A stretch of DNA of 64,000 nt from Paragordius varius (GCA_964247055.1 OZ176057.1:3968001-4032000); one strand, 5' to 3'. Counted from the stretch's first letter, positions 24,442 through 40,600 are shown. The notes: a model not told the origin generated them from the sequence alone. Program-made: numbers and translations.

Positions 24442-26822
24442 AAAAATGATCTAAATAAGAGATTTGAAAAGTTATGACATGTAAAATAAACAAGAGATTT
24501 GTAAAACGAATCTAAATTTAGGCCATATTTGATGTGCGCCCGCCTTTGAGTAATTAGGGGGCGATAATTACAGAGAAAATTAACATTTTTACACTGTGAT
24601 TTTATTAATTTTATAAATGTAATATTATACATATAAATTGTCTATTTTACATAGTATCCTTAATTTATTGATATTATATAATTATTGTTAAATAAATTGT
24701 ATATAATTATACAACCTTAAATATTTTTAGTGCTAATCAGGATTTTATGTTAAAAAATGATAAATGCAGACAATATAAGCTTATAACTTTTTATATTAAT
24801 AATTTAAATATAGAGCCCTTGCGAAATGCAGTTATTTAAGTTGCCGATCACTGAAATAATATATTTGTTTTTAATTAATTTAAAATAAAAATGCTTAGAT
24901 TTCACCGAATCAAATGATATAAAAAATAGTTTTAATTTCTAAGTAAGCATGGGTAAGTACAGTAAAAATTGAAATTGTACGGACAAAACAACGTAAAAAT
25001 ATAAATGATATTTTTGTAAAAGACAACTATACCTTTTTTGAACCTTAATTTTTCCTATATAAGCTATTTAAATCACAATTGTAAAATTTAAAATTGAATG
25101 TGTTAGTTATAATAGTTGTACACTTCAGGTGTGTTCAAAAAGCTGCACGCAAGAACCTATTCAAAATATTACGGCCCACGAGAAGATTCATTTACAAAAT
25201 CTCACGAAATCCAAGTGAAATTGACCTCGTTAAACAAACTTTCTAAATTAATCATTTCAATCCGCAATGAACTGACAAAAAATGTAAAAATATGTTTTAA
25301 CAATCTTAGCTCTAAAATCTAATAAATTTGTTAATGCCCATATATTTGGCGAATGCGACCCGTCGTTGTCAACCCGAAAATGCGGCCTGTGAAGCCACGT
25401 GTGGTGTTGGACAACCCTGCTTTAGAGTTTAAAAAAAGGGTTTAATTTAAATTTGTCCGTATTTCAATTTTATGTATCAAAAGTGTGGATTATATTAAAT
25501 GTGAAAATATTGAAAAAAATTACTTCTCTAATATGAAAAAATTGAAATTTACTCATTTTCAACTTGCGATGCTATCATCATTTAAAACCATTTTAAATCT
25601 CCATAACCTTTTGGGGTACTTTTATGTCTCAGAACCATTTTCAATTTAAATATCTTAAATAAAAAAGTGAGACAAATTTAATATATGCTTTCTTTAACCT
25701 TTTAAAAGCTTGTAAATATTTTTTTAAAAAATGTAACAAATCCTCATCTCAAACTTTTTTGCCGCCATTTTATTCCAGAATTTTTTTTAAATTGCTAATG
25801 CAAGACGCAAATAAAAGTAAATTATGGTTAGAAAGTGTAAATAATTTAACTTTAAAAAGCTTTCACGCTATATTTTACCAGCAAAAATTTGATACATTTT
25901 GATTTTAATCTCAGCTGTTAGTTTCAATCGTGTTTTGGAGCTGTTCCAAAAGGCTTTATAAGTCAAAACTGTAAGAAATATAAGTTTTTTTATCTAATTC
26001 ATGAGAACAATGTTTGATAATCAATTGAAATAACATAAGAAACGTTGCATATTTACATTGAGTGCGGTGATATAAAATTAGCCCAATATGTCAACTAGGG
26101 CAAAAAAGTGAAAAGGTCTGAAAAATTGTCTTTTAAATAAAACATCTACTTTCAAAGAAACTCTTAAAACTAATTTTAAAATTTCTCAACGATAAATATG
26201 TAATAGAGTTAAACTTTCATAATTGTATATTTAGTCTCTCTTTACTGTGAAGTAGGGTGTCCTTTCACATTAAATCATTAGAAATTATTTTACGCTTTTT
26301 GTTGAAATGATAAAAAGCAGTTTAATTTTATATTTTATTATAGGTGGCTTTCATCTTTGATACCATACTTTATGTATATTGTATATTTCACACCTCAAAT
26401 TCACCCTAAATAAATTTGTTTTACTTATATTTGTATTTAAAAAAATTTTATGTAAAATTATACTAAAAAAATAATAAACTATGCCATAAAGATGTATTTC
26501 ATAATAAGGCTGAGTCGTTATATTAGCCCGAAAACACATAATTTAATTTTAGAGCGAAGGGTTTTGAATAGTTTAAGGTTGAATTTAAATTGTAAATGGT
26601 ATAGTAAATAGAGTTAGTCATATTATCATTACAAAAAAAAAGTAGCCCATTATTTTCATTAAAGATATTTGCTGTAACCTAAAATTATTTTGTCTATCAA
26701 GTATAACAATATTGCAAAAGGGCGGTATTATATATTAATTTATTAATAATAAATGTTGTTGATTAAGACAATTCCATTTTCAAGTTAATTCAACAACAAG
26801 ATTCTAAAATTATCTGGGATTC

Positions 26823-26927
26823 TTAGAGAGAATAAGCTTTTATCCCGAAATGCTTAGTAATTTGCTCCAAAAACACAAAAGTTAATACAGTATGAGGGGC
26901 TAACCTAGTAAAGGCTGGTATGTAACC
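26823..26927 (-). CDS. SLC25A10: SLC25A10 exon 10 (terminal)
   Basis: GYIPAFTRLAPHTVLTFVFLEQITKHFGIKAYSL*. Confidence 0.95.
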   Translation of the reverse strand, partial: GYIPAFTRLAPHTVLTFVFLEQITKHFGIKAYSL

Positions 26928-29900
26928 CTATTTAAATAAATATAATGAGTCAAAATATAAAATTTGTGCTTAAAATTATATTATAAACAGTAAACATTGA
27001 AATTATATGGACAAAACGTAAAAATATAAAGACAATTTTTTTTCAAACGACAACCATATATACTTTTTTAAATCTATTATTGTCTAATAAAAATGAATTA
27101 ATTACAATTGTAAAATATCAATGGATTGTGTTATATTTTGCGGTTTAAAACATATCACTTATATTTTAGATAATTGAGATTAAAAATGTATGGCTGTCTT
27201 TTGATAAAAATATTTTCTTTATAGTTTCCATTTTGTCCTTATAACTTCAATCTTTAATATATATTATATATATAGCATTTAATGGATATTATAATTTTTT
27301 TTGAAAAGACTGTTTTTGTATTAAAAAATTTATATTCGATGTTTTTATATCAAAAAAAGAATAACGAATAGCATAATTATTCCATTTAAACTTCATATTC
27401 ACCCTAAAATAAATTATATTTTAAGATTAAAAATTAACTATATTTTTTAATATTGTTAAAAAATAAAACTTTATTTAAAATTAAAATAATACTAAAAATA
27501 TAATAAATTAGGCCATAAATAAATATTTCATATTAATGGTGAGTTATAAATAGCCCGAATCCACATAATTTAATTTTAGGGTGAATTTGAATCGTAAATC
27601 ATATATATACCCATAAATACATAAACAATTAATTTATACTAAAATTAAAAAAAACTATATTTTATTATAATTTATTAATTATCATTTGAAAATAAAAAAA
27701 CCCTTTAAGAAAAAGCATTAAATGCTAGAAAATAAAAATCATATAAACGATATGAGCCGTTTTATAGTTAAAGTTATCCTCTAATAAATGATGTCAAATT
27801 TTTAAAAATGGTTTTCGTACATAATAAAGTTTGAAGAATTTAGAAAAAGGTTAATTAAATCAATATTTTTTTTCAATAAAAACGGCAACTAGGAAAAAAT
27901 TAACTATATAATAATTGATTCCTTTTATATTCTATGTCAATGTAATATAAATAATTAACCAGCATTTTTTTCTTAAAAAAGTAAAAAATTGAAATTCTAA
28001 GGACAAAACAACGTAAAAATATATAAAGATACAAATATTTTTTTTTCAAAAAGACAACCATACTTTTTTAGGCCTCCTTAATTTTTCCCATATAAAATAT
28101 TAAATCAAAATTGTAAATTATATAATTGATTGTGTTACCAATATACATTTAACCTACATACTTTGCAATTCAAACAATAAGTTTTATTCAACTAATTCAA
28201 GATTCAAAGTATGGTTAAGAAAATTACGCATTATATATTAAAATTTATTTAAAATTAAGATAAAATTCAATGATAAAATATAAATTTTTAATTTTCAACT
28301 TTTATTGTATAATTTTCGGGAAAGACTTGACAATAAAAGTCGAAATTTATTTTTTTATCACATACGCATTATACCTTAATTTCAAATAAATCAAGATTAA
28401 TCGTATGTTTGTCTTTTGGGAAAAATATTTTCTTTATTTTTACGTTTTGTCCGTATAATTTTAATTTTTAATGTAATTTTTTAATTTATTATATAGAAAT
28501 ATTAAAAAATATTTACCTTATAAAATCCCAAAATTCCTGCATCAGATTGTAAAACCTTTTGGGCGCAATCGAATATTCCCTAAAAATAGAAATTTTATAT
28601 GTAAAATAAAATAGTAAACATTTTTTGATGGAAATAAATGGTTTTTTCTTTCATTAAAATAAAATAGTAAACATTTTTTGATGAAAAAAAATGGTTTTTT
28701 CTATCATTCTCTGTAATGATAATATAAATAGCAATACTATTATTTTATTTGAGCACAAATAAATTTATGTGGGCAGAAATAAATAATTAGAGGTGTCATT
28801 ATTTACACAAAGATATATTTAAAAATACAATGGGACATTCTGACCGAAAAAGTTGAAAGCAAAAATGACATCGATTCAACATAACCTTAACCTTTTTAAT
28901 AAAACAATTTTTAGGTTATATTAAATTTTTAGTATTAAATGAAAAAAATCGCCTTATATTACCACGAAATAGAAATATTATGTGCTGTAAATTAATTCGT
29001 GGTATGGAATGCGGAGTACTACCCTATACGATGATGATAAATTTTTATTATTAAATGTTTTCTACATAATGTTAAATTGTTAAAAAGTTGGAACCACCTT
29101 TGTTATAGGATATATATATATATATATATATATACTCTAAAACTAAAAAAACAACATTTATTTTGTAAGAGCATTAATTTTCATCTTATCAAATAAATCT
29201 TTATATAAATTTAAGGGGTTGGTTGTTATATAAAATCATAAATTCACTATTATGGACACTTATTTAGAAAATGTAGTTGATTTTAAAATAAATCGAATAA
29301 AATTAAACCTTTGTTTAACTGAAGTGTCAACACGCGACCGGCAAAAAAATTTTAAAATTGATAATTTGCAAAAATATGTTTATAAGATTTTAGCAAAATT
29401 GATATTTCTTAAACAATTTAATTCTAAATAAGTCTATTCAATTAGCAAGAACTAGCAAAAAATTATAATATTGTGTTAACATTTTGCACTGTTTTTACAT
29501 ATGGAATCAAATAAATTTTTTATGAATGTTATATATATATATATATGTATTTAAAACGCGGACAAGAACTCTTTGTGTTAGACATTCGTGGTTTAAAACA
29601 TGAAAAAAAAATATAATTTTACAGTAAAAATTGAAATTATACGGACAAACCGTAATAATATAAAGACAAATATTTTTATCTAGACAAACATTAAACCTTA
29701 ATTTTTCTTAGATAGCATATTTAGTTACAATAATTGTAAAATATAGAATTGATTGTGTTTGTAATTTATATCTGTATTTCAATCTTTGCCATTATATTGA
29801 AATAAAAAACAAAATTTAAGAAGTATGGTTGGTTGTTTAGAAAAAAATATTTGTCTTTATTTTTTTGCGTTTTGTCTCAGTTTTTACTATATATTTCTCA

Positions 29901-32668
29901 CTCTCATTACTTTATATTCATTGGGTTTGGCATTCATCATGCGTGTTTTTAGAACATCCAAAGGCTGAGTTAAGGTTGTAGCTATTATACTCTATAAATC
30001 AAATTGAGATAAAAAATTCACATTAAAAACAATTTATCTAAATAAAGTGTAGCAAGTAAAAAAAAATTTTTTTTTGTAAATAAACCAAATTTTTAATAGT
30101 ACTTTGTTTTGATAAATGATATAATTATAATATAACTATCGTTTTAATTGATTTGTTTGATGGTATTCAATTAAAAATATTTGCAATCTCATCAAACAGC
30201 TATAAAATATTTATCAAAATATGAATAAGTTAACGTACTATTTACGATTAAAATTCACCCTTGAACAATTCAAACTCACCCTAAAATAATTATCTGTTTT
30301 CGGACTAATATAACTCATCATAGATATGATAAATATTTTTACGACATAGTTTATTATTTTTTAAGCATTATATTAATTTTCGACAGAATTTCATATTTTA
30401 AAAATAATATAGATAGAGATTTTTAATTTTAAAAACCTATTTTATTTTAGAATGAATATAAAATGTTCGAGGGTCAATTTGAATTGTTCAAGGGTAAATT
30501 TGACCTGTAAATGGTATAGTAAATTTATTTATATATATCATACAAATTAAAGTAAAATTAGGGTGGTTAAAAAAATTATAGATAGGAAAAAATTATTGAA
30601 ACAATTTCTATCAAAAGTATAGAGGTACTTAGAGTAAATAATTGAAATTACACGGACAAAACGTAAAAATATAACGACAAATATTTTTTTAAAAACTTTC
30701 TTAAAAAACCTTGATTATTTGTAGTGATTGTTTTAAACTGCAAAATATAAAATAGAGACATATATTGGTTACACAATCCCTTATATATTTTACGAATGAA
30801 ATTAATTGATTTCCGTAGGATAAATATAAATTAAAAAAAGTATAATGGTTGTATTTTGAAAAAAAATATTGTCCCTATATTTTCACGTTTTTTGTCCGTA
30901 AAATTTTAATTTTTACTGTACATGTATTTTCACAAATATTACATTGTGAATTTGAAAAATAAAATTTAGAAAATAAAAAATTTTCAACAATATATTTGAT
31001 TACTTACAGCAGAAACGCTAGAAATAATATGGGTTTCAACGTTATCCGGTCTATGAGCGTATTGCAGTAACATTTGCTTAATTTGATCGTAAAAAGCCAA
31101 CTATATATAAACAAACCGAATAAAGAAAAAAATTATTTATTTTAATACTCCTAATCAATTTTTTACAATTTAAAACATTGTATTTTTGGAAAAAAAGTTT
31201 CATCAAAATATATATATACATACTTTCATTTCAAATAAATTATTTTTCAAAAAAATTCAATTTCGGCTATGAATAAGAAATATTATCAAAATAAAATTAC
31301 TACCTAGCTACCTACATACATGCCTATTTAAAAAATTATAAATACAAATTATTTTTGAGAAAAAAGCTAATATATATAAACAGTGACATTGAATTAATCA
31401 TTTAATGTCATCAGAAACCAACAATATTTTATTATATGGTCTTAATTTGAAGCGAGAGTGCCCAACATAAATGGAAAATAAATCAACAGTAAAAATTGAA
31501 ATTATACGGACAAAACGTAATAAAGACAAAAAATTTTTTCAACAGTCAACCATACTTTTATAAACCTCCTTAATTGATCCTATAAAATCATTCAATTACA
31601 ATTGTAATTTACATAATTGATTGCGTTACCAATTTACATATTGTTTCATATCTTTACATTTAAATAATGATTTATATTACGAAAAATCAAATTTTAAAAT
31701 GTATAATTGTCTTTTAGAAAAAAATATTTGTCTTTGTACTTTTGTCCGTAAAATTTTTATTTTTACTGTATATAGAAACTGTACTGTTTAATTTTTACAT
31801 GAATTATGTATAAAAAAAACTTTTAAATTTTTTTTTAAAAAAGTATACTTTCTTGACTAAAAGCCGTAATATTATCTTTAGGACCTTAATTTTTTAAAAA
31901 AAAATATTTTTAATAAGAATATATTAAAACAGATATATACCATTTAGAGTTCAAACTCACCCTCAAATTTATATTCCTTGAACAATTTATATTCACCCTA
32001 AAAATAAATTATGTGTTTTTGAAGTAATTAACTAATATAAAATATAATAGCATAGTTTTTATTTTTTTCGTATTATCTTAATTTAAAACAAAATTTTATT
32101 TTTTGATAATATACATATATATATATATATATATATTTAGGTTTTTTATCTTAAAAAACATACAATTTTTTTGTGGATTTTAAATTGTTTGAGAGTGAAT
32201 TTGAATTTTAAATGGTATATTGTACAATAATTTCCTTTAAATAAAAAATATGATTTGACACAACTTAAATCTTATTTTGCTGCTGTTTAACTAAAAAGCG
32301 TTTATTAAAACAAATTTTATAAAAACTTGAGAAATTTTATTAAATGATTCAAAACATGTTAGATTAGGACTAAAATATTTATGTTGCCAAAAAATGAAAT
32401 ATTATTAAAAAAAACTTTGGGTAAAATACATATATAAATTCACCCTAAAAATAAATTATGAGTTTTCGGGCACTATTATAACTCATTATCTATATGAAAT
32501 ATTTCTTTATGGCATTACTATATTGTTTTTTCAGTATTATTTCAATTTTAAACAAAATTATACTTTTTGAAAATAAAAAAATATAGGTACTTTTTAATTT
32601 TTAAAAAACACATAATTTATTTTAGTGTAAATTTGTGTTTTTAAGGGTGAATCTTAAAGGTAAAAGGG

Positions 32669-32712
<44 letters not shown>

Positions 32713-35700
32713 ACCTGACCCACAGTCATAAATATTCCACGCGTAATGGCCATAGTAACCCCATTAAACAGTTTGGGGATCCCTTCAACCCTTGCTACAC
32801 GATAAAGTCCATCAAAAGCGTTTCCATAACTAAATTTTTATTAAATAAAAAAATGCAATTTCATGTTTTTGATAAAAAGAATTTTTTTACGTAAAAAATA
32901 TATTTATTAACGTTTTGTATGAATGATTTTTATTTTGTCATTTTTTTCGTATCAAAATTTTTAATTAAAATACATTTTATAATAAATAAGATAAATAATG
33001 AATTTACCGATTTTTTTTTCCATACATAAGATATAATATAATTGCGTTGTTAAAGATAAAATTAAGTTATTTTTTTAACAATTCTATTTTTGTTGATATT
33101 GCATTATATTATTCTAAAAACGTTAATAAAATTATATTTTGATAAGAAATATAATATAATTTTGTCTGTACGTTCTAACTTAATAAAATTTCAAATTTTT
33201 TGTCTTTATAATACCGTGTGCATTTTAATGGTTGCTTATTTTATACACACTATAGTTGGGCAATTTGCAACACACAGTAGTGTATGGAAAAAAACAACAA
33301 AATGTTAGAATAAACAATTTTTTCCATTCTTTTTTCCATACTACACTACTGTGTGTTGCCGATTGCCCAACTATAGTGTGTGTGAAATAAGAAACCATTC
33401 ATTAAAATGCATACTGTAAATGTATTATAGTACAGAGATGAGAGCTATCAAAAAACCTAAAAGAATCTACATGTAAACATGCCATGTATGAAATATTTCA
33501 TTTTATTAATTCCATATTTATTCACAAAAAAAGGGAATTCAAATAAAAATGGAAAATCTTATTAATAGCAACACATACATTAAATCTCCTATTCGCCAAT
33601 TTAACAAATGAAAACCCTAAAAATAGGATTAGTGTTATAACTGTAATACTGTACAAGGTGTTTAAAAAAAGTGTAACATAGTTTATAAACTTACTTTCGA
33701 CGCTTTTCAAACGGCAATTTAACATCATTTTGCATTCTACAATGATTAAAAAAAATTATAATTATATTGCAATCTTAAGAACATATATTAGAATATACCT
33801 ATATATAAAAAACCTAATAATTGTTATTGGACATTAGAATAAATCTAAATATAGCAGCAAATAAAATCCTCAAATGAGGTTAGGTTAAACAAGGTAAAAT
33901 TCTTAACATTGATGGTTTTCAATCGTTTAGTTAAAACAAAAATTTTAGTCTTTAAAAAGTTTGATATATGACTAATTTTAGCATGAGAATTTAAATATTT
34001 TCTTTTCTAATATTTGAGTAGGAGAACTATTTTTATTAAAAATCAACCAAATTTTATTAATTTTATATATTATATATTTGTTAATCAATAAAATAATTTT
34101 TTTTAAGTAAAACAAAAGATGGTAAAAAAAGTTTAAAAAAATACCTTACATTGATAAGATCAGCCGGACTGCCAACAAAACCTCCCACAAGCCCAGAAAA
34201 AGATGCAAGACCCAATTTAACATACATGGGCAATGGGTATTCTATAAAAAAAATTTGGTTGACAATCAAAACTTAATTATATATTAAACATAAAATTGCT
34301 TTTTTGAACAAAAATGAGAGATCAGTTATCATCCTATAACAATTAAAATTTATGATTGAAAAAAAACGAATTATACCATTTACACTTCAAATAAATGCAT
34401 CACCTTAAAATAAATTATATGTTTTTTAACCTTAAAATATACCGATATTTTTATAGAATTTTATAAATTGTAATTTTGTTTAAAATTAAAATAATACTGA
34501 AAAATTAACATACTATGCCATAGAGATATATAGCATTTACACTTCAAGTTGGTTCTTGAACAATTCAAGTTGGTTCTTTGACATTTTTGTTTTGTTTTTA
34601 ACTTTTATCAATCAAATCGAAAATAATTCGTCTATTTTATTGTTTTTTACCTATTTTCTATTATTTAACATAAATTTTAAATCGATATCAACTTTTAATC
34701 TTTGAAAAACCGTATATCTTTATTAATTTCTAATAAATTTGGATATTTATAAGATTTTAACATGAAATGAAAAATTATATAAATTTTCTGGGTTATTAAT
34801 TAAAATTTTTCATTAAAAACATTTAAAAGTCAATTTTGTTCAATTGAAAAAAAATAGTTTGAATCAAAAAAGTGGTTTTTCAATAAAAAAATTTATTTTT
34901 AAATGAATAAATATATAATAAATAAAGAAAATTAGGTTAATAAATAATTAAATAAAAAAATAAATGCAAAAATTATGGTTAAATCAAAATTTATAAATTT
35001 TAAGGACCAACTTGAACTGTTCAAGGACCAACTTGAATTGTTCAAGGACCAACTTGAATTGTTCAAAGACCAACTTGAATTGTTCAAGGACACTCTTGAA
35101 GTGTAAATGGTATATTTTATGTTAATCACAAGTTATGCTAACCCGAAAAAACACAATATATTTAGGATGAATTTGAATTGTAAATGGTATATTACAAAAA
35201 GGAATACAGTATGCATTTTAATGGTTGCTTATTTCACAATTTACAACACAGTAGTGTATGGAAAAAAAGGAACAATTTATTTGTTGTTTTTTTCCATATA
35301 CTACTGTGTTGCAAATTGCCCAACTATAAAGTAATATAAGCCATCATTTAAAATGCTTACTATAAATGGTTTAAAATTTTGTCATCGACCCCAGTAAAAC
35401 ACATTAAATCAAATTTTAGAAAGGTAAATATTAAACATATTTCAACATATTCCAACATATCGCTTCATATTTTGACAAAACAACCCAAATTTTTATCGTA
35501 TAAACATAAAGAAAAACCGTGTGTTTCCTCAAACCCTCTAATAAAATATTTTATTAAACCTTACATTATAAGTAACTCTTAACAATTATAAATAATGTAT
35601 TGATCATTATAATTTAACAATTTTAAAAATTTAAAAAATTACCTTTATGCAGCAAATCATTATCGTAATTTTTATGATGAGTGGCTATGATATGTTGTTT

Positions 35701-37627
35701 AGAGACTTCATATACGGCAAATCTTGTGGTAGAATATGTTAGCTACAAAATGGATTTTTGTAAAAAATTTGAAATTATTATTTTTGGATGAATAAATATA
35801 GGTGTTCATTAAGATTCGATTCCAATGATTTAATAAATGTTTGTTTCTAGTTCATAACTTTTAAGGGTGGTTTTGACTCTACTTTGATAGATATTAAAAA
35901 ATTATAAAAAAATTTGTATATGCATTCTATGGCTAATTTTCATATTTGAATTATATATTCCACAATCGGTTCACTTTGGCATAGCGTCATGATGTAAGAC
36001 AACACTCCGGTTTTTTTAAAAAAATTCAAAAAATATATCGCTATAAATTAAAAAGATGATTGAATTTAGTTAAAAATAGTAGAAATCTTTAAAAAAAATT
36101 TTTTAAAATAATTCCTACAAAGTGCTTAGATTCACAGAGTTCATTATATACGTTCATGCCACTGTGTATCTTACGTTGTCGGATGGAGAATTATTTACAC
36201 AGTAGCAAATTTTTTCCCGTCCTTTACAGAGATGGCAACAGGACAGAGCTTTTCACAATGGCGAGAATAGGATCAATACCGCGTATTTTCTAAGGTTTCA
36301 ACATAGCTTTAAGAGAAAGATTTTCTTTCACAGCCAAGTCGTTAAAACTGCTACAGTTTTCATCCAATAGTATGCTGATAGAACCCTTTGATCCAAAATT
36401 ATTCATCGATAAACTTTCTCTCACCTCGGCCCTCATCAAGCGCCAATCAAATCGTAAACTACAGAGTAAATGGATCTTATATTTCGGACAAGTAACCTTG
36501 ATACAGTTTAAACATTTTTCTATTCTTCGATTTTCGAATGTTTCTCAGACAAGCCACACTTATATTATCGTATATATATATAAACATTCTAGAGTTTCTT
36601 ACGCAAATGTTGATAATTTCTAATGAAATTTCTTTCATTAATGTCCCAAAACACGAATTCGCGCAGTGGAGCAGGTATAACAAACTTCAACAAAAGCGTT
36701 TTTTGAGGCGACATCACGATCAGCGAGTAATCCATTTGATAGCTCTAAGATTCGATTTTGCGTTGAAATAAAAACATCAAACTTCGTATAAGTTTTTCAA
36801 GCGCGCTATCAGTAGAGTGACCCAGAAGAATTACATCCGCCTGCACCATTAACATATCTAACCACCTCGTACGCCGAAATTAAGCTATTGTGGTTAAACT
36901 TTCAAGGGTTAATTGGAATACCGTTCAAAATAATGTCGATATTCGATTATCTTATAATATCCAAAAAAATGGAACAGAGTAGGTGACACATTGCGCCTCG
37001 CCATTTGACTTAACCTTGCATAATTGCCCAACATTAGCCGTGCGTATCATGGCTAAAATCCTCGAGGCGCTTTAAATCAGATTTTTTAAGCAAACTTCAT
37101 GAAAAAACACAATCAAGCGCTTTCTCTGAATCATTGAAGACCGCAGCATACGTCACTTTTTCCGCTATTCTGAATTCCTTTGCGCCTCACATATAGCAAG
37201 TCGTTTATACTCTTATGTTTTCTAAACCCACACTGTGTATCGGAAAAGACGTTAAAAGTTTATAACTGGCGTTCCCAACTGCTCTGAGGATCTGTTAACT
37301 TAAGCAAGAGATAGAGGGCATCCCGACAGCCTTTATTCAAATATCCAATTCTACGCTTTGGGTGGGAACTACCCCTGACCCTCGACATTCCCCAAAAAAA
37401 AGTTTTCATGCTTGGAAACATAATCTGTGGCCGCTGTAAAATTACCATCCATAAAAGGTAGGAGGCAAAGAGTCAGAAGGGATCAAGAACAGTCTTTTGA
37501 ATTCGCGTCAAGCGATTGCCGTAGAACTTGGAAAGGTATGTTTTTTATCGCTGTACCGTGTTTGATGGTGGCAGCTTTTTGTGTGTTGTGTTGGTCTGAA
37601 TAATTTGCTTCAGAAATCTGTTTATCG

Positions 37628-37663
<36 letters not shown>

Positions 37664-40600
37664 CCATTTACAGTTCAAATTCACCCTTAAACAATTCAAA
37701 TTCACCCTTGAACAATTCAAATTCACCCTCGAACAATTCAAATTCACCCTTGAACAATTCAAATTCACCCTAAAAATAAATTATGTGTTTTCGAACTAAT
37801 ATAACTCATTATTAATGAGAAATATATCTTTATGGCATAGTTTATTATTTTTTCAGTATTATTTAAATTTAAAACAAAATTTTTATTTTTTAAAAATATA
37901 TAAAAATATTGGGTAATTTTTAATTTAAAAACATATATTTTATTTGAGGGTGAATTTGAATTGTTTAAGGGTGAATTTGAATTGTAAATGGTATATATAT
38001 ATATATATGTGCTGTTACAGTCGTCTGGCTAGCTGGCAATATAATTTTCTGCTATGCACTGAAATGACACCCAACGACGGGACTATATTGATGGTTCAAA
38101 ACGAATATTAACCGCGTTATAAATCAGTGAAATCGTTTTGCCGTATATCGATGCCAGAGGGAATAGACGTTAAAAGAGCATCAATAATATTAGCGACCTG
38201 TAGGTGTGGTACTTAACAGCTAATATACACATTTAATAGATCAAAAACATACTGTAATGAATACTAAATCGTTATAAACCTCCGATTTGATAACTTAAAA
38301 TTTTAGTTGTTAGTGTTTTTTTGGCTGCTCCCAGTATCATTTATACGTGAGGACCGTAAAGTCTGGCAGTTTGCGAATATACTAGAAGAGTTGTGAACGT
38401 CAGGTTAAGAAATTTTGACGTCTTGTCCGATACACAAGGTGGGTTCAGTAAGCAGAGGAGTACAATCATCTGATACCTGCAGACTAACGGAAAAAGTAAC
38501 GCAAGCGGTTTTCCTTGATTTAGAAAAGGCGATTGTTTTTCATGAAGCTCACTCAGACAACTGATTCGATTTAGTGTCCTCTGAGGTTTTAAGCCATGAT
38601 ACGAAGCTAATGTTGGGCAATAAGACAAGATCAAGTCCAATGGCAAGACCTCAAACTGGTTTAATTTGAAATGTGGAATAAGGCAAGGGTGCAAGGTGTC
38701 ACCTACTCTCTTAACATTTTTGGAGGCACCATTTTGGAAGGTATTCAAACCAAAGGGTCCAACCTAGTTAGCGTTAACTATCTTGCTTTTGCGGATATGG
38801 TTTATCTGGAACACTCTCTTGATTCCGACTATTTGATAAACTTGATAGTAGACTCCCGAATAAGATGTTATCATTTAAAATGAAAAAAACCCAAGTGTTG
38901 CTAAAATCCCGAAAATAGGTTTCCGATCGTGCTGAGAGGATATATTTAGATTATGCAAAGTTTTTCATATATTGGTTTTGTGTTAAGCAGAAGGGCGGAG
39001 AGTCTGAGGAAATTACCAACCGAATACAAAGAAAAAGGATTTTCACTTAGTTGATACCTTTATTCTCAAATTTAGTTATACAGCCTCGAAAATTGTCTTT
39101 TGTTGGAGTTTGTCATAGCTGTGCCATACTTTACGGATCCAAGTGTTGAATCCCTAATGTAAGATAAGTCTCAGGACAAAATCGTTTTATTAACACTTGC
39201 AGAAGGAGCTGCAACGTTTTAAAATACAATAAGTTAAGTGTGAATCGTCTGAGACATAGAGTCAAAGTTTCTTGCGCAAACCATGCTATCAAAGACATCA
39301 AGAACTTATGATCAAGCTTGTGCCAAATTGATTAAGCAAACATGTATAAACCAGTAGGGTTGGTTCGTCACTGTAAAACATAAAATAGTAGAGTATCCTG
39401 CAGCCAAATGCGTTTACGCGGTAGGTGCTTATAAAGAACTAGAAAATCTAGCGTGTATATTAAATCTCCATTTGATAACATAACATCGAAGTCGGACAAA
39501 CGTTTCCTATATCAACCCTGTAAATCTAAGCATCTGGGAAAGTTTTTTTTATAACAATAAATTTTTTTCTTTTACTTGAAAAAAAAAACTTTGCGACGTT
39601 TTTTAAATCGCTAAATGGGCAAGCCAAACCTTTTTTCGCAGATAGATATCGATGCATTGTAGCTAATTATTTGATTCGGATATTTTAAACTCTATTTAAA
39701 ATAAAAAAAACCCAAATCGTTTAGACACTTTGATTGGTGGATATTCATTTGTTTTAGTCGTCTGCCAAAATTATCCTTTAGGCATTTATTTATTTCTCTA
39801 TAAAATATTTGACTTTTCACGATTCCGGTCAGGTAAATTTAATTAATCATATATTTTATATTGAATCATATTAAAGAAAAAAATCAATTTTCCAAATAAA
39901 AAAACAAGAAATGATAAACAACTAATATTGCCAAAATATTTAAAATAAGTAAAAATCATCTATTAAATTAGGAAAATAAAAAATGGTGAAACTTTCATTT
40001 AAGAGCAAAAATAGATAATTATTTCCATTTTTTAACATTTTATATTATCTTTGATTATTAATTAATTAGCAATGACGATAGATTGGCGAACTTCGAACGC
40101 ATGCGGTTTTCTCATGCATAATAAAGTTTAAAAGGAAAACTGTGCGATTTTTTTCGCACAAAAGTTTGTAACATTATGAAAATAGTTGATAAACATTCTG
40201 AGTTTTTTAGAGCTGATGAAACATTTTTTATGTGTCCCGTGCACACTATAAAAGAGCTTTGACTCGATACGAGCAAATTTTTTAACAATCATGTTTTTAC
40301 TGCTATGTATTAAATGGATTTAGGTAACATTTTAAAATTGGTACATTTTTAGGGGTCTTTACATGGACTAATTAAAATAAAATAAACTACCAAAAGGTAT
40401 TTTGGTTAAAATTATCGAACATTATTTAATATTAAAGAAAATAAAATTAATTTTTCAGTTTTACTCTACAGCCTAAAATTTTAACTTTGTCGGAACGAAT
40501 TAAATACGAATATACAATTAACACTTGGATACAACACACTCATTTTAGTCCTTCGATTCAAATTGGGGTAGTTGGATACCCCAGGCCTGTTTAAAATCAA

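Larger units (their letters stand above)
16004..31768. mobile_element. Family D Tc1/mariner-type MITEs (~290 bp, TA-flanked), ~9 copies: 16004-16288, 22262-22548, 23471-23744, 24960-25110, 26988-27260, 27980-28477, 29622-29888, 30631-30918, 31487-31768
   Basis: TIR TA|CAGTAAAAATTGAAATTATACGGACAAAA ... TTTTGTCCGTATAATTTCAATTTTTACTG|TA. The span given covers the dispersed copies. Confidence 0.8.
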
